Below, one piece after another: positions 1-9,887 of a DNA stretch of 33,000 nt. The position numbers and the translations under genes are program-made. The stretch comes from Dicyema japonicum (taxonomy: Eukaryota > Animalia > Dicyemida), in contig RDEW01000001.1 in NCBI GenBank assembly GCA_011109175.1, positions 623,182 through 656,181 on the forward strand, read 5' to 3'. The notes below the pieces were generated by a model. It saw only the letters and a list, made by a program, of their open reading frames with translations, was not told where the DNA came from and did not search any database. Each line of letters starts with the position of its first letter. Position 1 is the first letter of the stretch.

Positions 1-1501
1 TCATAAATCGTGGCAAGGCCACCAGTTTAGTCTCTAAGTGTTTAGAACTAAGACAAGCATAAAAGATATCGAACTTCTCTTCCACCCAGAGATAGGCAAC
101 ATCGTAGAGGAGCAAGTCAAACTTTTATGGCTCTTGGGATCGATGATCCAAGGAGGTCTAGGCTCCAGTATTATATGGGCACAAAGTTCCTTTAGTCTAC
201 GGTTTTTTTTGTGGGAGGTGAGATTTTCAGATATGTTCTTTCGATGGCAGTAAAGATCCTACAGATATATATGGTAAATCTACTTGAGTAAAAAATTCTA
301 TAAACGTTACTTTATGTCGCTACAATACAAGCACATATTCAATCGACTATTATACAACAACATAAGGGTATGCGTATAGAATGCAAAACGATTTTTCAGA
401 GCGCTTTTATTTCAAGTAGAACAATCAAATGTTGAGAAAAGAATTAAAATGAAACTGAGAACGGACATTTAACATATCATTTCTATGGAGCTAGTTCGAC
501 CCTAAAAGAAAAAAATTTATTAAGTCAATATATTTCAAATGAATATATTTTAAAATGGGTATTCAATCTCGAAAATTTTGCTACATGATCACTGGGTTAA
601 ATAGAAAAAAAGTATCATCAATTAGCTAAATGATCTCAAACAGGTAAGTGAAAGACCGATATGGCAAGGATAGGCATCATGTACTTTTTTCCTCATTAGA
701 GTATTATTAATTTTCTGAGTAATTCTTATATGGGAGTTTCGATTTTTGATGATGAATTTTTTTCGGATGACCTGTTGGGCGATCAGGTCACCGGGAGAGT
801 TTAATATGAATTTTCCTTGGCTGACCTGTTGGGCGATGAGCCATTGAAGTTGTTTACTGTTCATGTCTCTGTAGATGAAAATTATCATTATTTCCCTGTA
901 GATGAAGATTTTTTGGGAATTTATGAGGTGGAGATTGACACTTGGAGTGAAATTTAAATGTTCAGGAGAACGGAAGTTTGATATTAATCTGTTTAATGTT
1001 CCTCCTCCACACACAATCAGGAGACACAATGAGAAAAATGACAATTCAATTCTAACAATCAAAGAAGCTCCAACAAGAGCCCATGTCACGGTCTTTACGA
1101 CTACAACATTTTCCCAAGGAAGCGAGGTGTGGGGATCGGAGATTTTCGCTTCTTGAATTAGTGACATGTCATTTTACGTCAATAGGCCACAGCTCAAACA
1201 TTTTCCTTCTGATACGATTCACATTTAGTTGCAAGACCACCAGGAAGGAACAAAGTCTGGGCTTTTGTTCTACATCGCACCATAGCGCAGTCAGCATACC
1301 AGGGGAGAAGGGAGACACCCCAAGAATAATGTGATGGGGGTAGTAGAGATAATGGTTTTTTTCCATACCCAAACACTAGGCTATCAACATTAATCTCAAC
1401 GGTATATTACTCGCCCTCACAAAATCCTTTGTCCTTTTTCCAACAAAAAATGATACAAATATTTAATTTACAAAAATTAATTATTTTAAATACAACAGTT
1501 A

Positions 1502-2377
1502 ATGTTGAGTCTTATAATAAAACCTTCAAAATTAACAATAATTGCTAAAAGTAATATAATAATCTAATATAGACCACACGTGGTTAAACCAAACTCCTCA
1601 CACAGCCTTCCAGAAGTTACTATTGAATATTGGATGTCCATTAATCCTAATGTTTGACCCATCCAGAAATGGTGATCAACAATTTGTGTAATGTAGATCT
1701 TTTAGCTGCATACAGCGAAACCAGTGGGACAAAGTCACTGAGAATAATAAGGGACAAAATGATCAAAGATTCTGAAGGCAGGAGAGTACTAATGTAATGA
1801 TGATTTAACAAATCAGGGATAAACCATTGATCAATTCAAAAACTGTTAACTATGACTACTTACTGTCATTGGATAAGGGATCATTTGGTCACCAGTATGC
1901 CCAGTTTATGACATTTTACGTATTTTCAGTGTTATTTGTTAGAATTATTCACCTGACGACAGACTCCTTTCTAGGTTTATGAGTGATCCTGAACTGGCTT
2001 ATGTGGTTGTGAGATATAGACAACTGCACGACATAAATCACACACTGTTGGGGGTACCTACAACCATGTTGGGGGAAGTTTTAGTTAAATGGTTTGAAGG
2101 CATTAATGTTGGTCTCCCAATGAACATCAATGCAGCCTTATTTGGTGCCATGAGACTGAAGCCAAAGTAATATGTTTATGTATGTGTAAGGCATAAGGAT
2201 ATCTACAGAAGATCCCTGCTTGGTTATGTCTCCCAAATGTCAAGGAATGCTAAACCTATAATGAACTTTTATGCCGAATTGTATTGGGAATCTCCAATCA
2301 GTGATGTTAGGAAGATGCTCAATATCCGAAAGTGTAATCATAAATTTAAACATAATATTTGGAATAATAATATTTAA
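1502..2377 (+). CDS. COQ4: Ubiquinone biosynthesis protein COQ4; 6 exons, introns 1551-1572, 1672-1696, 1794-1816, 1920-1942, 2167-2190 (22-25 nt, all GT-AG)
   Basis: Spliced product [37 protein letters not shown]...[16 protein letters not shown]...[14 protein letters not shown]...[11 protein letters not shown]...SPDDR...[39 protein letters not shown]...[15 protein letters not shown]. Contains the COQ4 HDxxH-(x)11-E motif. Frame is continuous after intron removal. Confidence 0.95.
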
Positions 2378-3267
2378 TTGCTATGGGGGTTTACATGGGT
2401 CACTTGCTTGTTTCTACACTCTTTTGTAGGAGTCGTCGATACAAAGGTGTGGATTCCCCAGTTCTGTCAAGAGTTGGAAACTCCACTATGTTTGTCCGTG
2501 TCACGATCGGAAAATGGTCAATCCATCAACATCCGTAGGCACATAGTTTCTGGAAGGGATGAGTTCCCTCGATGAGTACACGGAGAAAATGGGAATAAAG
2601 ATAAAGGAACCGGGATCTTCTAACAGGTTTGGTTACCATTATCGTATTTCTCATTTTTCCCCAGGTTATGTAAATTAAAAATATATAAATTTATTGCTAA
2701 CAGACTCAACATTTCTTCTCACCAAATACTACCAAATAGTTTGCTTGAATGTGTGTATGAGCGAGTACCATACTACCTTTCCAAATTGCTTTGTTAGGTG
2801 TCTATGGCGCGTGAGTATTTTTGGATCTCTATCCTATTTCTATTGTAGAATTTGTAATAAAAATATTCCTTGAAATGACAAATATCGATTCTCCTTTTGA
2901 CGATAGCTCTTCTTAAAATGTTCAACATTGAATCCCTCATTATCTGCGAACATCTACTTAAACCACTTGAAATCTTTATTGATGGAGTTTACTTTACTGG
3001 TAACAATTGGAATTTGGGGGAGGTTGACTTTGCACATATTGTAAGATCTTTGCGCACTTAATGAATAGTAGTTCTCTATATTAAGACCAATAAGTAAAAT
3101 ATCAGACTTAATTAACATAATAGGAAGTATGAAAGTCTACTATATTCTGGCCCCCCATTTATAATATACTCGTGTACTCGTTCCCTTTCATTAGACTTAG
3201 AGTCTCTGTATACCCTCACATTGATGGATTAATAAGCCAATTAACTAATTAATTAAATTCTCGACTC

Positions 3268-3486
3268 AGTTTTTGATCTTGTACTCTTAATTTTTCTATC
3301 TCCCCAATGTGGATGTGAAATCTTGTCCCCCTTTTTAATTGACTCGAGAAACTTTGGAATAAGCAAGCATCTGATGAGTTTTTGATCTTGTACTCTTAAT
3401 TTTTCTATCTCCCCAATGTGGATGTGAAATCTTGTTCCCCTTTTTAATTGACTCGAGAAACTTTGGAATAAGCAAGCATCTGATGA
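3268..3486. repeat. Tandem duplication, 109-bp period
   Basis: Two copies differing by one substitution. Confidence 0.9.
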
Positions 3487-4173
3487 AATGTCTGGTTCGA
3501 ATCCTGTCTGGTAAATTTAGAAGAACTTGGAGAAATCTGCCTTATAATTTATTTAATTTGTTTATTCTATAATTAAATGTGTTTATATCATTAACCACAT
3601 TAGACACAATAAAATTGCATTTTGCTAATGTTATAATTAACTAGACAAATATGGCATGCAGTCTGAGAGTTATCCAGACTGTTTCCCATATATACGGAAA
3701 CCTCTTACTCTATTATTACCCCAGGACCTCTGGGTTAAACATAAAAGAAAAAATATTGTCTCTAGTGGACTCATTATTTTGAAATTCCAAGACCACAAGA
3801 AAGAAAGGTTAACTCACTAATAGGTGATCACAGCCTCCAACGTCTCTCGAATTCTTAAATGTTCCGCAAGGGATCAAACTCGAATTTTGAATTTTAGCGT
3901 GGCATCATGCGGTTCACCTGTTGTTGTGGTGGCGCTCAGTGCAAGTTCTGCATAGAAAAGAACCGTTCGACATTCTTTATCATTCTACTACCTTCAGAAT
4001 GGTGGCCTACCAATTTCCCCGCTTTATCTTTGAATTCTGATGGTAATTGTTAATTGATTGAAAGGCATAATTTAATAATCAATAATTGTTATAAATAATA
4101 TAATTATATTTATTTTTGTTTAACGATAATATTTTTAAATAATAACATCTATTAAAGAATTTAAGTGATTTTT

Positions 4174-4652
4174 ATGCACGATCAGTCAGTTACTGATTCT
4201 CAACCAGAAAATAAACCAGCCAATAGGTTCATCTCCTTTAAGGAGGAACATTCATATGAGGACAGAGTCTCAACGTTTAAGAGGATCCAATTAAAGGATC
4301 CGAGTAAAATTCCAGTAATCAAATACATGTAATTCCAGGTAATTGTTGAACCCTTCGAAAGAAGTACTCTTCCAAACCTGCAAAGAAGTCGATTCCAAAC
4401 GAGTGGAAATATTGAATTTAGTTATTTAATAAAATCAGTCCGGTTTGTTGATTGAAGCAGTTTAGTCGTCGTCTTTCTCTTGATAGTAATCACGCTCTCT
4501 TCTTTTTCGTGGGGAATCGAATATCAGTGTCTCCTCAGGCTAAAATGGATGTGCTTTACTCAGTACATATTATTGTTTTACCGTAGAAATACAAGGAAGA
4601 TGATGGATTTCTCTATATTAAATACGATAATGAATTAGTATATGGATTTTGA
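4174..4652 (+). CDS. ATG8/GABARAP/LC3-family ubiquitin-like autophagy protein (divergent); introns 4315-4338, 4443-4465, 4563-4586
   Basis: Spliced product ...SFKEEHSYEDRVSTFKRIQLKDPSKIPVIVEPFERSTLPNLQRSRF...VRRRLSLDSNHALFFFVGNR...YKEDDGFLYIKYDNELVYGF*. Shows the family motifs FKEEH, IPVIVE, ALFFFV, EDGFLY and a C-terminal YG. Not in the ORF track. Confidence 0.93.
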
Positions 4653-5711
4653 TTATTCTCTAAACTTTTTATTTTTATTCCTCACTTTTAAGGGACCATA
4701 TCTTGTCCTCTTTCGGTTCTTGAAGATGTCATTAACATTGGCTTATTTATTATGCAAGGAATTTGTTATACATAAATTCTTCAAACAAACAAGGTCTTCT
4801 TTTAGCGCATGTAGGCATAGGGACAACACTAGGAAATTGGTGAAACGTTGAGTATCCTGCTGGGTTAAAAGGGAGGGCCCAAAACGACACTATGGATCTT
4901 CCAGAACTTGCGTTCTCTTGGGTAACTCTCAATCTGTGCTAAATAGTTAATTGCTTTGACTAAGAAAAGGTTGATTTAACTCCCAAGAAAAATACGATTT
5001 TAATGTATTATTAAGAACATTAGAGAATCAATAATAATTATTGTCCCTCCATAATATTAGTTCAAGCTCTTTTGGATTCGAACACAGGCATTTTTATAGG
5101 TCGGGTTGCTGGTGTCGTCTGCTTCCACTAAGGAGGAGACGAGAGGGTATATGAAGACATTAATTGTACTAGCACTATGAGAAGCCCAGATATGGCAACA
5201 TAAACTAGTTTAACTACAGTATAGCCCAATGAGAGTAGTGAAGAATATTATTGAAATGAGCATATTACATTATTAGTCAGAATAATCTATTGTCTAAGTA
5301 TAAATTAGTAAGCACATGCCTTCTTACTTTTAAATACGTTCAATCATCTCTTCTGGGTTGTCCTTCCTCCTTTTTTATCAAAGATAACAGTTTCGGTTGG
5401 TTATTAAAAGTACATATTTAATTTTAATCAATATCTTTTAGCATTTATTATCTTATCTCCCAAATCAACACGCTGATCTCCACGAGGGACACATCTTGTA
5501 CAAAGCAAGGAGTAAACTGCATTATTGGTTGATTATATATTGTAAATTAATTGTTTATTGATATTCAATATTATAATTATATTTACCACAAAGTTGTGAT
5601 GATATCAGTTTTTCTCAATTTTTTGTGTTACGGAAATGACCTTGTCTTATGTGTAAACAACCAACATTTCAACGAGAAATTTTTTAATAATTCAAGCAAA
5701 CGTCAATGAAA

Positions 5712-5943
5712 AATTGTAAATAATTCAAAAATTGATTTTCACATTGCTTTAGTGCAAAGTTGTTCAACATGTTTGGTAAAGCAAACGTTTCAAACAAGAC
5801 TGCAAGGATCTAGGATATTAATCAGTGAATTGTAAATAATTCAAAAATTGATTTTCACATTGCTTTAGTGCAAAGTTGTTCAACATGTTTGGTAAAGCAA
5901 ACGTTTCAAACAAGACTGCAAGGATCTAGGATATTAATCAGTG
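5712..5943. repeat. Tandem duplication, 116-bp period
   Basis: Two apparently identical copies. Confidence 0.9.
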
Positions 5944-6027
5944 AAAAAAGTTTACTTTGGAGTAAATATAAAAGAAAATATTCTTAACTTTATTTAATCT
6001 CAAATTTAAATAAATTTAAATATTAGT

Positions 6028-7738
6028 TTATAAAAAACGATTTAGACATTTAAACTGTTCATTTTTATCAGCAAGTCTTTTAAAAACATTAGTAGACTCT
6101 TTATCCCCATAATATCCCTTAGCCTTGTAGTAGTCCAAGAAAGTCAATCCTAAATTTTTGCCCAGCGTCAAATCTGTCGTTAAATTGAATGCATACAGCT
6201 CTGAACAGTATAGGACGTGGATCCAGGTTGATTTGGGGTTTGAAATCCGTGAAATGAAACCTCTAGGGTGTATGAGAGACATGAGTCACTAAACATTCCA
6301 CCAAAGGTTCTATAATAATGCCGCGGATTACCTCCGACTGGTGCCTTGTTTGTGAATATGTCTGTTGAAATTGGAATTCTCAACAGAAAAGTCATGAGCA
6401 TTCAAAGAGAATATTTTAGGAAATATCATTTGCTGTTCACTTTTATCAGAATCCTCATATTTGTTTCCGTAAATAAATCCTGATTTTAGTGTTTCAAAGA
6501 GAATATTTTAGGAAATATCATTTGCTGTTCACTTTTATCAGAATCCTCATATTTGTTTCCGTAAATAAATCCTGATTTTAGTGTTGAGTGTGTGTGCAAG
6601 TCAATGTAAAAGTCCAACTTGTAATTCTACCTTAAAATACAAATTACTTCATTATCCCCAATCTCAGTTACGTACTTTCTTGTTAGGAAAATTGAAGGAT
6701 GTTTTTCCAGAATGGGATTGTCCCATTGCCTGTTGAGGTCATCCCCCACAATATTACATCTTTTATGAGTTTAATAGTACCGGTAATTTCCGGCGTAAAC
6801 TCCATCGGGATTCAACATTGGGATTATAAGGAAGATGACTTGTTTAAGCAAAGTTTTAGCCTCGGGACTTCCAGAAATCAAAAAGTCCATAAATCCCTGA
6901 CAGACAATTGACGAGGGACTTTCTCCAGGATGAACACGTGCTGTTACAATGGCAATTCTACGACGTCCCCATTGAATGCTTTTCAGGTTTTCAGTGATTG
7001 TTATCAAATCTATCCTCCTCCCATACTAAAACTAAGAACTCTGAAACTACAAGACTTCTTCCTAGGAGTTGTCGTGAGAATATGTTGGGATTTTGTTGTT
7101 CAGCAGTGGAAAGATACCGCTGTAGTCTTGTATATGAGTATGGATAGGAGTAGGCGAAATAGTAAGAATCACAGGACATATCAAAACAGAAAGCAAATGA
7201 CATAACGTAATTATTTCCGTGGGAGGGACATTTATAGTAAAACACTTGCTTTGAGGGAATTCGGACCCTTCAATGTCATACAGCATCTACCAGTACGGTC
7301 TGCTGGTGCTCTTTACAACTGGGGACATTCCCTCTCTATACAGAGATTTCACTTTTGAAAAGTTCACTATATTAAAGACCACGTGCTTAAAAATTATGTA
7401 CAATAAACCTGTGAAGGTTTCACATTCTTTATTTGAAAGTAAAACCAGAGTCTGTAGTTGTCATTATTCGTATCAGATCTAACATACAAATCGTAGCTAA
7501 TATTGGAACACTGCTCTACTTTCTCCAAATTCCCTAAAATATGTTTAGTGTGAAGCATACCACATTCAAATGAGGCGTCAAACTTTAGGTTTCCTTGGTC
7601 TTTGGGGGAATTGTAGTACATATCCCAATATACGGCATTCTCGTTATTTATGTTGTGGGGGTTGGATTTTTGTGGTGAAGGACCATATCCCTGAAATTTA
7701 ATAGGGACCATAGAATATACATTTGTCCCTGATTGCAT
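6028..7738 (-). CDS. AGBL4: Cytosolic carboxypeptidase (M14D tubulin deglutamylase), AGBL4/CCP6-like; introns 7534-7560, 7386-7408, 7268-7290, 7026-7050, 6760-6780, 6627-6647, 6310-6331, 6174-6196 (possibly also 7691-7720); interrupted by a 92-bp duplication at 6401-6584
   Basis: Motifs FECGNL, WFYF, SLYREGMSPVVKSTSRPYW, YYFAYSYPYSYTRL, ARVHPGESPSS, PMLNPDGVYAGNYR, DLNRQW, IDLHTH and catalytic YTLEVS. Removing one copy of the duplication restores the frame. Confidence 0.92.
6401..6584. repeat. Tandem duplication, 92-bp period, inside an AGBL4 exon
   Basis: Two identical copies; frameshifting. Confidence 0.9.
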
Positions 7739-7862
7739 AGAGATAAAATTATTATTATATATTTAAATTATTAACAATTTTAATAATTTGGAAAACTAGA
7801 GTTTTTAATTTTCAATTTATTATTTTAGATAATTATAAATTGACTAGTTGAACTATTAATTT

Positions 7863-8126
7863 GTACAGACAGTACATCGAGTCATGTTTCTCATTTGCAT
7901 GCACCTCGTAGGGTCCGTCCATATCTTGGAAACGCCTCTGGTGGCCCTTTTGAGACTAGACTCCAGATTACGGGAATGCGGGCCCGAAAAATCAGTTAGT
8001 TATCCTGTACCTACATGCGGGGGCACGAGGAAAGAACACCGGGCAAAAATGAGGTCCCTGTTAGAATGCATAAGGATCACTTGATAGTTAGTGGATCTTG
8101 GGTTGTTAAATAAAATAAATAAATTC
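7863..8126 (+). mobile_element. Short non-LTR-type insertion (SINE or 5'-truncated LINE) with A-rich tail and 20-bp target-site duplication
   Basis: Flanked by ACTAGTTGAACTATTAATTT (7843-7862) and ACTAGTTAAACTATTAATTT (8127-8146). GC-richer body ending in TAAATAAAATAAATAAA. Confidence 0.7.
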
Positions 8127-8131
8127 ACTAG

Positions 8132-8460
8132 TTAAACTATTAATTTAAATTTTTGTTTTCCATTTTGAATCCAAGACTCAATGAATTCTTCTCTTTTTGG
8201 AGTACTGGCCGTCTGTACCCCTTCATTATTCTCTTTGTATACCACTAGAGAAAAAGAATCATCTGGCAAAACAATTGATTCTCCTGATTCCTCTTCAAAG
8301 TGTCTTTATAATAAGAGTTTGTAGTCAACTTGATGGGAACTTTTTTGTTCAAATTGTTTAATTGAAATATTCGTCCTCTTAATTGCTTATTTATTTAAAA
8401 CCAAGATTCACCGACAAATTAAAAGGGAATACGTGGTAGTAAGGTATCCGGTCTTCTGCA
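8132..8460 (-). CDS. Putative 3' part of a hypothetical protein gene (3 exons joined by two 26-nt GT-AG introns); 5' end unresolved
   Basis: Splicing gives AEDRIPYYHVFPFNLS|QLRGRIFQLNNLNKKVPIK|HFEEESGESIVLPDDSFSLVVYKENNEG...KFKLIV*. No family recognised. Confidence 0.35.
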
Positions 8461-8574
8461 CGATTTATAACTAGTGGTACATGACAGTATAATTTTTAGC
8501 CGGAGATTCACTTAAATTGCTTTTTGCTAATCTATTTTATGTGGAATGTGTATTTATTGCACAATTACGCCTTA

Positions 8575-9024
8575 AAGGTTGAGGTGATGACGACGCCTCT
8601 ATTGCACTATGTCTTATTCGTATTCCTTACCGACTTCTCCGTTCAGGATCTTTTAATTGCAAAAAACTTAAACAGCTTTGCAAGAAACACCAACTGGCAT
8701 GCGATCTAACAAAATAAGACGTCTCTGTCTGCTGTCTACAAGAGACAAAAACGACCGTACAATGTACAGAACTGTATGGCAAATTCCACATTTTACAATT
8801 TCATCGGCCTGCCGACATTATGGTCTCGGATTTGCAATCAATCAGGACTTGATTCACTGTGTTAAAAGAGTTTTGGCTGCATTTGACATTATAGATTACC
8901 TAAGAGTACTAGCGCTCAACAGAAGACCATGGTCGAAGCTGACTGAGAAAATGATTCGGAGTACGCACAAGAGAAGCTTAAATAATTTTATGTTTTCTAG
9001 GGAGTGCTGCTTAATAATAATAAT
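8575..9024 (+). mobile_element. Internally deleted RTE-clade non-LTR retrotransposon (APE N-terminus joined to ORF C-terminus and (TAA)n tail)
   Basis: FNCKKLKQL...LACDLTK*DVSVCCLQETK and HYGLGFAIN are APE endonuclease motifs. They are followed by LRVLALNRRPWSKLT and GAGTGCTGCTTAATAATAATAAT. Confidence 0.75.
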
Positions 9025-9039
9025 GCTTTAAAGATAAAA

Positions 9040-9551
9040 TCAAATTATGGTGATGTCAGGGAATTAATATAGAGATTAAAGGTCTCTTGTAAAAAAAACA
9101 AAAAATCAAAAATTTGACAACCACCTGACGTGGCTATCATTAGATGAGATAGATGGTCGAGTGCAGCAAAATACTACTATTCAAATCTTTTTGAAATAGT
9201 TTGGATTGTTTTAAGAATTTATCGGCGACGGAATTCCTGTAAAAGTCAGTTCAAAACAGATCCTTGTAAAATCAATAAATATTTTTTCCAAAAACTTCAA
9301 ATCAATGGGATTTTGGAAATATTTCAATGTTCGAATAAAAATCTCCCACCATATATGTCTATGCAACTCTTAGAAGTAGAGCAGCAAGTTCTGCCTCTGT
9401 TGAAAGATCTATTTCGCTAATATCAAGGATTCTCCCAAAACATCGAAATTTTATTTTTTAATAAATGAATTTTATAAACAATTATTTTTTTATTAGAAAA
9501 AATGCTATTTTTGCTATTTTATTTAAAAATTGCTATTTTACGGTTGCCCTA
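9040..9551 (+). mobile_element. 3' end of a decayed hAT-like DNA transposon with right TIR ...TGCTATTTTACGGTTGCCCTA
   Basis: Degenerate transposase with C-terminal dimerisation-type motif ASSASVERSISLISRILPKHRNF (about 9385-9455). Three subterminal TGCTATTTT repeats. The terminus matches the reverse complement of 14496-14520. Confidence 0.75.
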
Positions 9552-9584
9552 TCAATAGCCCAAGGTTTACCAGAAAGAAATTAA

Positions 9585-9737
9585 CATACACGTCCATGTA
9601 TGTTCTCTATTGTGGAAACCCCTTCACTGGGGTAGGAAAGATGTGGACCTTTATGGATGCCGGAAATTAGATGTCTCCAGAGTTAGGTAGATCCCATGAC
9701 TCCTTAAGGAACTGAAGAAGGAAAAAAACCTTTGACC
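9585..9737 (+). repeat. Dispersed repeat related to 24370-24533 (possible SINE or retroelement 5' UTR)
   Basis: Shares ACGTCCAT..TTGTGGAAACCC and AGGT(A/G)GATC(C/T)CATGAC...AGGAA..TGAAG..GGAA...AAAAC blocks, in the same order, with the 24.4 kb copy. Confidence 0.55.
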
Positions 9738-9887
9738 TTAATTTGGGAATTAACCGGCATATCTTGTTCATTTTTCATTTTATTTATTATGTTGTTCATG
9801 AAATATTAATGACATAAAATATCAATGATAAAAATATTAATTAAAATAAAATATTTATAAATTGAGCAAAAATAAATTAAATAAGTA

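Noticed and set aside
622-1376. Overlapping ORFs of 60-181 aa with a repeated TGACCTGTTGGGCGAT
   Set aside because: No recognisable domain in any frame and no consistent spliced model; likely decayed repeat sequence.
2400-2654. Minus-strand 85-codon frame with one internal TGA (GC*WIDHFPIV), loosely like selenoprotein F (CGUKLGRFPQV)
   Set aside because: No CxU/CxxU spacing, no signal peptide and no pairable SECIS downstream; probably chance.
3455-3512. GGTTCGAATCC (tRNA B-box) and nearby CTGATGA/GAAAC (hammerhead core words)
   Set aside because: No cloverleaf or A-box and no hammerhead stems could be formed.
3820-3870. VITASNVSRILK, reminiscent of the YqaJ-type exonuclease ITAS motif
   Set aside because: Flanked by stops and no downstream nuclease motifs.
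6401-6584. AGBL4 as a frameshifted pseudogene
   Set aside because: The only lesion is an exact 92-bp duplication of the kind seen throughout the window; all catalytic motifs are intact.
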